Part shown: one piece after another, positions 34,901 through 49,006 of the stretch
Position numbering within the stretch: position 1 is the stretch's first letter
Layout of the letters: every line of letters starts with the position of its first letter
Source: Anthoceros angustus
Taxonomy: Eukaryota; Plantae; Anthocerotophyta
Assembly (NCBI GenBank): GCA_010909165.1
Contig: MU008158.1
Span: 2,133,478 to 2,197,477, forward strand
Length of the DNA: 64,000 nucleotides
Direction of reading: 5' to 3'
Translations under genes and position numbers: made by a program
Notes under the pieces: generated by a model
Databases searched by the model: none
What the model saw: only the letters and a program-made list of their open reading frames with translations
Told to the model about the DNA's origin: nothing

Positions 34901-36844
34901 AGTAGTGCTCCCCACTTGTCACATCTGGTCGTTCAAACGCGTATGACCTCTGCAATGCAGAAGCAGCAAGAAAACACCCTGTTCAACAGTTGCTATGACA
35001 AGTGACACACGTTACACAGCAAAAGGCAGTGCATTCTACCTTCACGGGAACCATGGTGAACTTCGCCACGTTAAGATCCAGCAGCTTTTGGGCAATCTCA
35101 TCTTTCACGTCACCTGCCAGCTCCTACAGCATCGGGACGCCAATGTGGGGCTCCAAGACTCAAGTGACCAAACTACAAACTACTCCTGTAGAGAAGTAAA
35201 AAACAGTGACAAGGAGATAACCTGCAACTTGGCAACCAAAGCCACAGGGTCTGCATTCCCGTCCGATTGTGCAGCACCTTGGAGCAGCGCTAGCTCTGTG
35301 GCAGGGAAGACGCTGGGAGCAGGAATGGCATAAATGCACCGCTGAATGTTCCGCACGACAACGCAGCAACTGACATATTTACCACCAAACAGAACCTGCA
35401 GAAGCACAGTGCGACTCCAGTCAGCTTCATTCCAACCATCGTCGGTCCCAGGCTGCACATGACGGCAGATTTCCAAGTCGCTAGGGGAGATGATATACCT
35501 TCCCGAAGAGGTAGACGGTACCGGGATTGGCTCCAAAGCCCTCTTCGTGGGCGTCAATGAGGTAAAAGGGGAGGCGGCCATCAGCATCGAGAGGAAAATC
35601 AGCGATATCAGCTGGTGCAATCTCAACCTGCTCCTCCTCCTCCACCACCTCTAGCTTCTCCCCAGCACCACCTTCTCTGATAGCTTGCCAAGCCGCGGAG
35701 GCTGCGGGTGCTGAAGGTGCCGCGGATGCCACCTTGGCATTTAGCCCAACCTTGTTACCTTCAACAGGAAGTGGCGGAACCACGGGCACAGGTTCCGGAA
35801 TCGACGAAAGCTCATCAACATCAGGAACTTGCTCTATCTTGGGGACAGCAGGCGGAGAATCAGGCAGCGCTGACAACCCATCTTCAATATGCCCGCAGGT
35901 TTCTTGGCCCCGGTCTCCGACTGCACGCCGGGCTTCCTCATCATCATCCCTGCTCTCCCGAATCGGCTTCCTTGCAGCTATGGACGGGACTGTCAACAAG
36001 GCACTCTCACTGGCAGACCTTTGCGGCCCCGCTCCTTGGTGGCCAATTCGGGCCGCTGCCTGCCCGCGCACACCTGCGCAACAGCGCAGGCATCAATGCA
36101 CTGACACCAGCAGCAGCAATAGAGGCCTTCCATCCACGGGCCACGGCAGAAGGCAATCCCAGAGCACAAGAGTACCGGTACCTAATCTCCGCCGCTTCTC
36201 CTTCTCCCGGTCCACAGTGTCGACTCCGATTTCCGCAAGCACATCCTCCAGCACATTCTCGGAATCGGCTGCCCTCCAGTCCTCCTTGGCCTTGCTGCTG
36301 AGCCCCGAGGCAGCAGCGAACATGGTGGACACGCGCTGCTTGTTGAGCGCAGCAGCTGCAGCCGCGGCAGCCACCGCCTTGGACACCACCTCCTTCTTCT
36401 TGGGATCTGCAATTCCATCGGGAGTCTGCTGCAGTGAGCCATTGCAAAGCAACAACCCAACATCGGCAATCCACGGCAGCAGCCCACAAGCGTACCGCCT
36501 TCCTTCCTCTGCCGCGGCTTCTTGCTCCTGGCGTCAGCCTCGTCCCCCTCCGAGTCCGAATACACATTGACATCCCACTCCTCCTCCTCCCCGATGTCGG
36601 CGTAGCCCAGGTCCCCGTCGTCCACCACGAAGCCCTTGGCCTCCTCCCGCCGGTGCGCAACCAGCAGGGCGTAGTCGGGCTCCGAGACCTCGTCGTACAC
36701 CTTCTCCTCCAGCTTCAGGTTGAAGGCGTCCACCCGCTTTCCGTTCTTCTGCCGAAGGTTTCTGATCTGCTCCAGCGCGGACGCCCGGTCCGAGCTTTGG
36801 CTGGGCCCGGCACCGGCACCGGCAGCCCGTCGTCTGGACGCCAT
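28967..36844 (-). CDS. POLA1: DNA polymerase alpha catalytic subunit, many exons
   Basis: N-terminal [14 protein letters not shown]; [14 protein letters not shown]; [31 protein letters not shown]; KLTANSMYGCLG; VIYGDTDS; [11 protein letters not shown]; C-terminal Zn fingers (CPRC, CPNYPRC). Stop TGA at 28967-28969. Confidence 0.97.
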
Positions 36845-37429
36845 TGCCCGCCCAGGACCTTCTCGTACCGCGTCGATTCCACCGTCCCTGCTGCTCCCCC
36901 TTCTGCTGTTTTCTCACACGACTCCCGTCTGACAAAAGAGACGCCCAACACACCGCAACTCGTATCGCCCACAACTGCACCTCCACTCGCATTCCAGTCC
37001 AGGCGGGAAAAATTGGCGGGAGACACAGTTTGCCAGTACAAGCGACACGCCCAACACCTCCAACCCTCCAACTGGAACGCGTCCCATGAAACTCTAGACT
37101 AATATACTTCGCTATCGCATTCCGCCGTTTTCACCTGGCCTACACATGCACCTGCCTCCTCTTTTCCTGGGCGTCCATTTTGTGTGGACGATGTACATTA
37201 TTAGGTACACACTGAATCACCCTTACCGTAACAATAATTGTCCCATGCCGAGTTCATTAGGGACAGCCATCAAATTGAAGATCGCTACTGGTCTAAGACA
37301 TGTAAACCTTGTGTCTTGTCACCATGCTTGTGACATCAACCTACTATAATATAAATGTAGTAGGGATCCCGGTTCATAGATACTACAAAGCATAATCTTG
37401 ATTATTTTATCAATCACCGATCATCATCA

Positions 37430-39040
37430 TTGTCATTATAGGATAGTCTCGCAAGCAAGAACTCACGTGGCTCGAGAAGAAAACTCTCGTGGGAACTCGC
37501 GGAAAGGATGTGGAAGAACTCTCGCGGAAAACATATCCTAGTGGAAAATTCTCTTGCCAAAGCCCACTCTCGCCGCAACACATCACCACATGACTACGGT
37601 TAAGTGTCCGAGTCCTTGTCGAAAGGTTGTGTTTGGTGAGTACGAGATGTGGGAGTTCCAGTTCATTAGCACTTGTAACAATAGTGTTAACTTGGTAGTA
37701 GTATATTGTGTCAGGGAGGGGTTCATGCTTGTCATTCGGAGGTTATATGTATGATGTGTGATCTGTGTATTTTGCGTAGAGAAACATGGGAAGGATTGGT
37801 GCATGCCATGACAACAACAACGAGCAGGATGAAAGCATGGTAGCGTGTGGCAAAGAGTGCTACTGGAGAGACATCTCTTGGGAGTCCAACATTTCACGTA
37901 CAAGCGAGGCGAGTGGATAGGAATGCTAGGCAGCAGTAGAAGGCTAGTTTAGATAGAACTAGGGTTTAGGCTTTAGGGTTTATAAAGGTCTAGAGCTGCA
38001 AAAGTGAATGGAGCTTTGACTGGGCATGACATTCCAGAGGAATTTAGGGGTGAGCATTGGCATTGGCACTACGGCGATCAGGAACCCTCAATCACATATG
38101 TAAATGTTAGGGCTGCTGACCTTCAGGTTGGCTTGAAGGAGATGGTTGGTGGCGAAGATGAGAGCCGGAGGTACTTTGAGGCCATCACCAATGGGAATGA
38201 TGGGTATCTCCCAGAGATTAGTGACCAACTGTTAGACATTGAGGTTGGTGGCGAAGATGAGAGCCGGACGTACTTTAAGGCCATGACCAATGGGAATGAT
38301 GGGTATCTCCTAGAGATTAGTGACTAACTGTTAGACATTGAGGGAACAAACGTGGACAGTCTCTTAGCAAAAAATCTACGATCGAGCGCTTACAATTGTA
38401 GCATCCCAGAGTGTAGTTCGTCACATGGCATTTAGGTTCCTCGTGGAGAAGAATCTTAGTAAAGGGGAGAATTAGTGGGCATGCTTCTTAGCAAAGGAGA
38501 AGAAAAAGCATGAGAAGCAGGATGTCCTAAAGCGGAAGTCATAGATTGAGATGTCACTTTTGAATTTGATGCAGAGGCTTCTGTGACGCTTGTGGTGGTA
38601 AAGGGTGAGGAGACGACAGCAAGGTAAAATGTGGGTGACGGTTCAATACCCCTAGCCGGAGTCCGAGAAGGTCAACACAATGGTCCTCGCAGCAATCGAT
38701 GGAGCCAACAGAGATTATGAAGAAGAAAGGAGAGAAGGTTGTGAAGAAGGAAGGCGAGAAGGCTACTAAGGAGGAAAGAGTCATAGGAAGCTACAAAAAA
38801 AAGAGGCCTTTTCTATCACAGAAGAGCCTATTTTTAAGCCAATAAGTACTAAGCCATGGGCTCCCCAATGTGGTCATGGAGGAGGTTTGTGCAAGAATGC
38901 GGGGGGAGTTAGAGGCCCGCGTACAAGAGGAAGCCGCAGTGTCTAAAGCTGAAGAGTATGGGTTTTGGATTTGGGTAACACCAAGGTCATGCTTGCAAAC
39001 ATGGTTATAAACAGCGGCGCCGCGACAACAACGGTATCTA
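37430..39040 (+). mobile_element. Probable decayed repeat or LTR-derived sequence containing a 99-bp tandem duplication (38145-38342) and telomere-like words
   Basis: No conserved coding signal. Ends near gccgcgaca followed by acggtatctaga, which resembles a tRNA-Met PBS. agggtttaggctttagggttt at ~37961. Confidence 0.25.
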
Positions 39041-40281
39041 GATATGTTATATAATATTCATTACTCTGTACTTAGCAAAATGACGCAAATAATTATGTAG
39101 TTATTTATGTCGTAGCTAGTACCTATATTATGCTGTATAAAGTGACATATTGTCTTCCCACCCTGAGGTACCCATTGATATCACTCTGGTTGCACTGCCT
39201 CTTGTATATCGAGTTATTCGCCAACATTTCTAAACATATAATAATTTGATTCAAAGTGATTTGTCTATGTATTTATACATAATTTTTATATATCTAATTT
39301 TGAAGATAAACTATACATGATTTATATCCATAGACCAAGGATATAAAAATTACCGAGGACTAAGGATACTTCTCTTGTGGTTCTTTTTTGAAATATTCTG
39401 CGGTAAACTTGAGAACTTCGAAAGGAAAGCGAGAACTTCACATATAAGCAACGACGCCTCACATAAGGCAGAAAACAACGTCACCATAGCTTCAAAAAGA
39501 ATAGCAAAATCACAGCGGATGTCACTCTAAGCTCCTACGATATTCACTCTCAATACCATATTGTCTCTAGCTTTGGATTTTCGGAGTTTCTGTCGCAAAA
39601 TACTTCGAGCCATGGTTTTCTTCATAATTAAACTCGACATATGTGTGTTGCGCCATAAGGCAGCTAGGCTATCAAGATGCAGTCTTAGGGGCATGGCCCC
39701 AATCGGCCATATCCACAAATTCACAAATCTGTTCATGTGCCTTCAAACACCTTAAAAGGCACATAATCTAGCTATCAACCTTAGCAAAAAAGTAACCTAT
39801 CTACCAGCTTAAACACCGGGCCGCAAACAGCCCCCTTTGTATGTAGAAATGAGACCTTAGGGAATGACATTCACAGCTCTTGCCATGAGTTTCGATATGT
39901 GTAACTGCCTCAACATACAGGACGTGAACATAACATTCCGTCTTCCGCAATGATGGTGCCATTAGGCTTGTACGAGTTTGATAGAGACAGGTAGAAGGAG
40001 GTGTGAGTAACTATCGCGTGCGAGAGAGAATGTAAAAATGGGGAGTAGGCTGGCAGGCGGTGGAGGCGAGGGGAGGAGTGCAGGCGGGAGGTGCAGGCAG
40101 TGAGAGCGGTAGCGAATGTAGACATCGGGGAGATGTGTGACAGGGGGTGTGAGGGGCAGTTGCACGTACATACCTTACCATATAAAGCAATTTGAAACGT
40201 TTCTTTGGAAAAGCTTATATTGTATTATACATGTATATTAGGGGTTTTGATACAAATATGTTTGAATACATAGGAATTTGG

Positions 40282-41114
40282 TATGGAATACCGATCTCGT
40301 CAAGAAGCCCTTTAGGGTTTTTTTCGATGGTGACAAAGAGTTTTCACCGCATACGGGAAAACTCGTATCACACACTTGACGACATCGGCGGGCGCGCCTC
40401 GTGTCCGATCTCGCTACTAAGCCTGTGGTGTGTGTGTGAAGATTCTTTTAGGTTTTGACACACAAGGTTTTCTTTTAGGGTCGGGCATGGGCCATCGCAT
40501 CTATTCGCATGACCCCGTCGCCTGCGGCTTGCCATAAGGAAAACCGTCACCGTGCCTTTATGGCGAGATAGCGTGGAGGAGCGTCGCGGCGCCAGCGCCT
40601 TCAGCTTCACAGCCTTTGTGGTCGATAGCCCTGAGGCGCCATGTCGCCTGGCGCGCTTCGCAGCCATCCGTCGTCGCGTGCATTTGGCGCCATACAGCCA
40701 AAAGGATGTAACACACCAGATCGAGCATGTTCGAGGCTAACATCCGGGGCCACGCACACGGTGAAAGGGAAACGCAGTCTTGAACGACTAGCATGCCCAC
40801 AGTCGGGGGCTTCCACCGGGGCCGAGACATGTCCGATCCGATATATATGTCTATATGTGGTGTAGGAAAACCTAAACATGAGTATGTGTGTTTGACATAA
40901 ATCCTAAATGGCAGAAAGAAAAGTGGATGACGAGATCGGAACACGAGGGGGCAAGTTCCGAGACAAAAAAAACTTTGTGGCGCCACGGCCCGTCCGCTGA
41001 TGTGGCGTATGTGATGAAGGAATCTTGAAGATGCGCAGGCATCTTCATGTAGAATACCGGAAGAAAAAAACTTGTCACACATGCCCGGCTTAGTGACGAG
41101 ATCGGTATTCCATA
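40282..41114. mobile_element. Non-autonomous 833-bp TIR element with TATGG...CCATA termini and 6-bp TSD ATTTGG (IS3EU-like)
   Basis: 28-bp TIRs tatggaataccgatctcgtca(ag/ct)aagcc with 2 mismatches. TSD at 40276-40281 and 41115-41120. An internal inverted pair of the ccgatctcg motif at ~40398-40417 and ~40928-40948. Confidence 0.8.
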
Positions 41115-42215
41115 ATTTGGCCTGTCAACTTAGCCACATAAGGATGACATAGTTTCCAAAAATTTTCGCCCATTCCAGAGAGAGAGGGGATGGGTGTCCG
41201 GAAAGCATGCCACCCGCATACACCTATTGAAAGATACATATTTTAAAATAACCGACAATAGATTGAAAAAAGAAATAGGAAATATTAGGCACCACGTCCA
41301 AACTGCTGAAGTGTTTCAAACGGCATGCCATAGGGGATACCGATAAGACCGAGTTAAAATTTACGGTAGATAATATCGACATCAAGAGAGAGTTAAAATA
41401 TATACATTTGTGGGGACGCTGGGATGGAGGAGAGTACTAAAGACATCGTCGTTCTTCTCGGTAAACAAGAAGGCTGAATGAGAATCTGGAGCACTCCTAA
41501 ACATATATGTGTGGGGTGTAGGCGATGTTAGAGGTCTGTAGACGACATACCTACATGCTTTCCCGCCTTGCGACGTGTGTGAATAGGGTGCTGTATGTTG
41601 ATTGGCTTTTAAAAGTGGGGTTAAAATAGAGTCCAGGGAGAGAGAAAAGGGGGAGAGAGTTTGGAGAAGAGAGTCATGAGAGGAGCCAGGAGTAGTCAAG
41701 CCAAAGCCTACTGCTAGCTGCACCTTTGGCGTCTGGACGACTCGACTCAGACTCAGACTCAGACTAGACTCGTCGCCACTCGACCTGTTTTTTTTGCCGG
41801 GGACACGCATGAGACTGACGAGACTAGGAACCGGAAGAGTAGAGCAGGCCAGCAGGGAAAGCGCGCGCAGCGGAGCGCAGGGAGCGGGAGCGCAGGGCGC
41901 AGCGCACAGCAGGCAGGTCATTGAAGCCCAGGCTTGGCACATGCCATGACCCAGGTGGACCACGCCTGTTCCACGGGCTAGCTCCTCCTCCTCCTCCTCC
42001 TGCTCCTTGCTCTGCCTTCTCCGCAATTGGACTGCCCCTGCGACGGCTGGATCGATCGCTCGCCGTCGCGGTAGGGCTTGCTCCCCGGCACGTGCGAGTG
42101 CCAGTGCCAGTGCCCGCCCCTGCACCTGCGCCTGCGCCTGCGCCAGTGCGCGCTCCAGCTCGGGCTTGGGCTTGGGCTTCAGGAGGAGCTGGGCCGGGGT
42201 TTTGCGCCGTCCGGT

Positions 42216-45200
42216 ATGGCGGACAAGCTGCTGGACTTCTCCCAGCCCTTCGACGTGGGCCTTCTTGACGAGACCGTCGCCACCTTCTACGGCACCGGCT
42301 CCAAAGAACAGGTAAATTTTGTGTCCCAGCTTTGCCCGAGCTGTCTGCTGCATGCCTCCGTCCTTTCGGAGACCCGTGGAATTGGCCTCGCCTTGCCTCT
42401 CCCCGCCTTGGCAGGCCTTGCTCCCCTCGTGCCGCCTCGAGCCTCACCTCCACCTTCTGTTGCTGTGCTGCAGAGAGCTGCTGCCGAGAGAGTTTTGAGG
42501 CTCTTGCAAGAGCATCCTGACACATGGACCAGAGTTGTCAGCATATTACAGGACTCTCAACACCTCAACTCCAAGTTTTACGCTCTCCAGGTGCGCATCC
42601 CCTGCTGCCACTGCCGCTGCCCCGCTTCATTCTCACCACTCTGAGCTTAACTGGATTTGGCTCGCTGCCTCCAGCTGTGATTTTGTTTAGTGTGCCCTTG
42701 AATGAGGAGTTGACATTCTTGTGTTGGAAAGGTTTTGGAGGGTGTGATAAAGTATCGATGGAACGCGTTGCCTACAGAGCAAAGGGATGGAATCAAAAAT
42801 TATATCTCAGACCTCATCGTCCAGGTTTGAAACACTAATACCAAATACCCTGCGGGTTAGGGTTCCCGAGTCTGTTCCGATACCAGTGGAACATGGGGGT
42901 CAATGTTGCAACCTTGTGCTGTGCTCTTACAGTACGTTGTTTTGCTGGCAGCTCTCTGGGAACGAAGCCATCTTCAGGAGGGAGCGTCTGTACGTGACTA
43001 AACTGAACATCATCCTTGTCCAGGTGCGTCACAACTCTCAGCTGCTTATGTTTGTCAAAAGTTCTCTTATTTGAATTCTCAACACGAAGATGAACATCAA
43101 TGTCTGTGGACTTCAAAGTTGGTCTTTTGTTTGCCAGGTGCTAAAGCACGAGTGGCCAGCTAGATGGCCGAGGTTCATACCCGATCTTGTTGCAGCTGCC
43201 AAGAGTAGTGAAACCCTTTGCGAGAATTGCATGGTCATCTTGAAGGTGTGTGCCATTACTGTATCATCTCTGCCTTTGTTGCATCTACTACGCCTTCGTC
43301 TCATACATGACTTCTTCGAACAGCTGCTCAGTGAGGAGGTCTTTGACTTCTCCCGAGGAGAAATGACTCAAGTGAAGATCAAGGAATTGAAGAATTCCTT
43401 GAACAGGTAACTTGTGACTCTTCTCTGGCAGCTTTAGCAGCCACTTGATTTTGGTGCCTTAGGCTGAACTTTGTAATGTGCTCATGTGCCGCAGTGAATT
43501 CCAGCTGGTCCATGAGCTCTGCCAGTACGTGCTGTCAGTGTCACAGAGGCCCGAGCTCATCAGAGCTACTTTGGCGACGTTACATGCCTTCCTCTCGTGG
43601 ATTCCTCTTGGTTACATTTTTGAGTCTCCTTTGGTAGGAACTCAACGTAAAGCATAATTTGTGTTGTGAAGCTTGTCAGCAAGGAGTGTAGCTGTTCCGT
43701 AATGATGTTGTTGCTGGAATAATTCTGGTGTCCATCAATTCATCCTGTTTTTTTTTTTTGTCATCCTTTACCAAGTGGAGAATTTGGATGTAGTTGGAGA
43801 CTCTGTTGAAGCTCTTTCCCATTCTTGCATACAGAAACCTCGCACTACAGTGCCTAACTGAGGTATGTTTTCAGGGTTTCACTTTAGTTTGTTGACTGTG
43901 CAGTAAAATATTTGGTTTGGCTGTTTTTGCCTTTGTGAACATAGAATTAATCATGATTAACCTTGTCCAGGTTGCTGCCCTGAATTTTGGTGACTTTTAC
44001 AATGCCCAGTTTGTGAAACTGTACTCGATCTTTGTTGCCCAGCTACAAGTAAGCCCCTATGGTTGTTCTCCATTTGCTTGACAGGCCTCTTGCATTCTGT
44101 GGAAGTCTCCTTATGTCACCATATTCAGTGGTGATGAAGCCTCATGTTGTGTGTGTCACAGATCATTCTGTCTCCGTCAACCAACATCCCAGAGGCTTAT
44201 GGAAGTGGTACCACTGAAGATCAGGTTGCTTGATATCTGGAACCCTTTTACAAATGAATTTATAGATTTTTATACTTTCTCTTTGGCTCATACTGTTTGT
44301 TTTGGTTGCAGTCCTTCATCCAAAACTTAGCACTTTTTTTCACGTCATTCTTCAAGGTATGCCATGTATAGCCTTTAATGCAGGAGCGGACCTCTTGAAC
44401 AACGTATTTCTTGTTATTTACCCCTCGGGACCTGAAACGAGTCACTCTTCTGACAGGCCATGTGCATTGACTTTGCAGGCTCATATTGGAGTGCTGGAAA
44501 CAGCTCCAGAAAATCAGGCTGCCCTTCTGCTGGGATTAGAGTATCTGATTGGTATCTCCTACGTTGACGATACAGAGGTGTTCAAGGTAGAGAGTGTCCA
44601 AGACTTCGCACACACATTGCATTCTGTGTATGTATCTGACTTTGGTTTCGGTGGCTGGGTTCTCCCTTCTAATTTGGATGTTTACTTTTTGTCAGGTTTG
44701 TCTGGACTATTGGAATGCGCTCGTCTGCGATCTCTTTCAATCAGAGTGCGGTATGGAGGGTCCGGTAGGGTCAGCTGTGATGGGTCTGCAGGTGACTCAA
44801 GCAGGAACCTCTTTAAGCTGTACTTACTGGTAGAAAATGAGTTGCTGACTCTCGATTACTGTGTGGCATCAAGGTTGGTATGGCTTTGGGGAGTGTTCTT
44901 GCTGATGGAATGGGAGGAATGGGACAACTGTCTCACCGAAAGCAACTGTATGCTGGACCCCTTTCTAAGCTGCGATTGCTCATGATTAGTCGCATGGCAA
45001 AACCTGAAGAAGTCTTGATTGTAGAAGATGAAAACGGTAATATTGTCCGAGAAACTATGAAGGACAATGATGTGCTTGTCCAGTACAAGGTAAAGTAGCC
45101 TCTCTCACTGGCTGTTGATGTGTTCTTACTTTCGTCATTTCCTCACTTTACCTTGCTGTGTAGATCATGAGAGAGACCCTCATTTACTTGTCACATCTCG

Positions 45201-48200
45201 ATCACGATGATACGGAGCAGCAGGTGTGCTTAGGTTTATTGCCATTGTTCAGTATCAACGGGTTTGATCTGTTGTAGTTGTGGTCCTCTGGTCCCTGCTG
45301 CTTGCTGCAATGAAATGACATGGCGAGTGGGATCGTCCTGTAGATGCTCAGAAAGCTGAACAAGCAGCTGAATGGAGAAGAGTGGGCCTGGAACAATCTC
45401 AACACCCTATGCTGGGCCATTGGTTCAATTTCGGGCTCCATGGTCGAGGACCAGGTGCAGTATGCTTGTGTAGTTGTTGTTGAGTGCTGATTTATGGAAG
45501 AGTGTTAGCTAATTTAGGGCAGATGTCAATGTGCTAATCTTTGCCTCCCTTTTCAGGAGAACCGGTTCCTTGTAACAGTCATTCGCGATCTGCTGAATTT
45601 ATGTGAGAACACGAAAGGCAAGGACAACAAGGCTGTAATTGCTAGCAACATAATGTAAGGTTTTCCTACCTAATAAGGCAGCTACGAATTCGTTGCTGGT
45701 TTCAGCTGGCTCTTTCGGATCCCTGAAACTGATCCAGAGGTGATCTATGTCTCAAAGGTATGTTGTCGGCCAGTACCCAAGGTTCTTAAGAGCACACTGG
45801 AAGTTTTTGAAGACTGTGGTGAACAAGCTGTTTGAGTTCATGCATGAGACCCACCCCGGAGTGCAAGTAAGGATCAGTGCTTCTGAGTTTTCAAAGAATG
45901 TCTTTGCTGTGGTTACCTGGTGGTGGTGCAACCGTGGACGTGCAAGCAACTAAATGTATGGCTTGCATTCCAGGACATGGCCTGTGATACATTTTTAAAG
46001 ATTGTTCAAAAATGCCGTCGGAAGTTTGTCATTCTTCAGGTGAGGGTGACTCGGTCAACAAAGGAATTGTGCAGTCGGCCATCTTAGGAAAAATTCTGTA
46101 CTACATGTAACCGTTGCTATGTTTGTAGATTGTGATGTGGGTTGAACTCCTGTATTAACCTCCAGTCTTGTAGGTGGGGGAGACAGAGCCGTTCGTTTGT
46201 GAGCTGTTGAAGACCCTGCCCACAACTATTTTGGATCTTGAGAGCCATCAAATCCATACATTTTATGAGGCGGTAAGCTGATAACAGATGCATGTGCACA
46301 GAGTGAGTGGGATAGGTTTACTGGAAAGGATCCTGAACTTACATTTATGCTGCTGAAGTTCTACTAGTGTGAGATTTGTATATTACTTTGATGAAACAGG
46401 TGGGCTTTATGATACAAGCTGAAGGAGACGTCCATAGGAGGGACGAATACCTCCAAAAGCTGATGGAGTTGCCGAATCAGGTGCTGATCTTTCTTGTTGC
46501 ATCTTCAAAAGGTTATTTTGTGAATACTATGCGCCTCTGGAGATCAAGGCTGCTGACAAATTTTTATGTGCAGAGATGGGCAGAGATAATTGGCCAAGCA
46601 AGACAAAGTGTGGACTACCTGAAGGCCCAGGATGTTATTCGTTCGGTTCTGAATATCCTTCAGGTAAGCTGATTATCTGTTTCATGAGATTCTGTCTTGC
46701 TCGTGATTTGGTTCTCGCTACCTTGTGTGCTCAGCAGGCTTGGGATTTTTTTATTCAGGTCATTAACAAGGGCTACTGTTGTGGTTTCAGACTAATACCA
46801 GTGTTGCCAGCTCACTGGGGCAAGCTTTCCTGACTCAGATTTCCCTGATATACCTGGACATGCTGAATGTTTACCGGTATGTGTAGATTGTGAGATCAGT
46901 TAAAGTTGCTTCTTTCAGCTATAGGTGACTGATATTGCGAGTCCATTTCTGATGTAAAGTGTTTTTGGGGACGTCCTGGATGTCTATGGAATTGCAGTTT
47001 CAGCTTGATATCTGTGTGACTGAACTTTTGTACATGCTTCATTGCAGAATGTACAGTGAGCTGATTTCTTCTGGCATTGCGGAGGGTGGCCCTTATGCCT
47101 CTAGAACATCTTTTGTGAAACTTTTAAGGTATTATGTGATATTTCAGCAGCTGCCTATGTGATCTGAGAGGTATCTGACATAGTGGGTGCATGGAATTCA
47201 GAGTTAGCTGACTGTTTTTCTGCTGGAATGGAATTAACTTGCAGATCTGTAAAGCGGGAGACTCTCAAGTTGATTGAGACTTTTGTGGATAAAGCTGAAG
47301 ATGTAGAGCTCATCTCAAAGCAGTTTGTACCTGAGATGATGGACCCCATTTTGGGTGATTATGCGCGAAATGTCTCGGATGCCCGAGAATCTGAAGTCCT
47401 GTCCCTGTTTGCAACCATAATCGATAAGTGCGTGCTTATGTGCTGATCTTTCTTAGTAGCTGAAATTTGTCCAAACACTGTTTGCCAACTTATATATTGT
47501 TGTCTTCTGTGCCATGCAGATTGAAGTCTGCAATGATTGAGGACGTGTTACGGATTTTCGAGGCAGTTTTTGCTTGCACACTTGATGTATGTTGAGATGT
47601 TATCATAGTCTGCAGCTTCTTAAAGGGCCGCCCTTTTATCACAGGCTGACCCTGGTTTCTGTAACTGCAGATGATTACCAAGAATTTTGAGGATTACCCC
47701 GAACACCGACTCAAGTTTTTCTCATTGCTGCGTGCCATTGCTACTCACTGTTTCCCTGCACTTTTTACTCTGTCGAGTCAGGTACCAACTTCAGTGACCA
47801 TGCACTCTTCTGTTTCATGTGCTGGCAACTAGTGCTGGATATTTGATTTGCTTTGCCTTCACTGACCAAATGCATACTTTCGAAAACGTCTCCTAGTAAT
47901 GGTAGATACCACGCAGCTCATGTTTTCTGCAGGACTGCTTTAACATGAATGTATTGTTTCCTGCTAATGTCATTTTAATTTGCATCTGAGCAGCAACTGA
48001 AACTGGTTATGGACTCCATTATATGGGCCTTCCGGCACACTGAACGAAATGTAGCTGAGACTGGGCTGAATTTGTTGCTGGAAATGCTATCAAAATTTCA
48101 GGTTTGTCCCGTTATCGTGTTGCCGTCAAGCTTTTTTGATGTATTTGTGTCCACATGAAGCATTTTTTTGAGGTGGATATGTTTATCAAGGTCTTTCTTG

Positions 48201-49006
48201 CAGTATGACAACGTCTAATTTTTTTCACCTGCTGTTGTAGGCCTCAGAGTTTTGCAACCAATTTCATCATAGCTATTTTGTGATCATTGAGCAAGAAATT
48301 TTTGCTGTCCTCACGGATACATTTCACAAGCCAGGGTTTAAGTTACATGTTCTTATACTGCAGCACCTTTTCTGTCTGGTACGTCCCTCTTTGAATGCCA
48401 ATGGATTTGTTACTGATGGAGGTACCTCTGACTGTAGCTGACTGGTCGGTTTTTTTGGTCCATCAGATTGACTCTGGATCATTGACTCAGCCACTCTGGG
48501 ATGTGTCCAATCCAAGTTTGGGGCCATATTCCAATAATATGGAATTTGTGCGTTACCACACTATCAAATTGTTGGGAACATCTTTTCCAAACATGACACT
48601 GACTGAGGTATGGCGTGACCGCTGCGTCTTGCTGACTGTATGGCGTGAATCATTTGCTATGAATTGTTATATATCTTCTGGATTCTGTGGCAGGTCACCA
48701 GTTTCGTTGATGCTCTATTTGAGACACGCACAGATTTACCTTTATTCAAAACACGACTTCGGGATTTTCTGATCCAGTCTAAAGAGTTCTCAGCCCAAGT
48801 AAATATCAATGATTTTGACTTCTCTAATGAGTGAGTTATGTGCTTGTAGTTTTATATTGTGCTCATGGCTGTGGCTGCTGCAGGATAACAAAGACCTTTA
48901 TGCTGAAGAGGCTGCTCATCAAAGAGAGTTGGAGAGACGCCGGATGTTAAGCATACCTGGATTAATTGCCCCAAGTGAAATCCAGGATGACATGGTGGAT
49001 GCCTGA
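42216..49006 (+). CDS. XPO1: Exportin-1 (CRM1), many exons
   Basis: [18 protein letters not shown]; [29 protein letters not shown]; [15 protein letters not shown]; [20 protein letters not shown]; [16 protein letters not shown]; [31 protein letters not shown]; [17 protein letters not shown]. Confidence 0.98.

Noticed and set aside
37961-37983. Interstitial telomere
   Set aside because: Only 2-3 imperfect TTTAGGG units; telo-box-like words are common in plant genomes.
41382-42644. Long ORFs of 188-323 aa around the XPO1 start
   Set aside because: They are products of the GC-rich microsatellite leader and the antisense strand of XPO1 exons, and give low-complexity translations.
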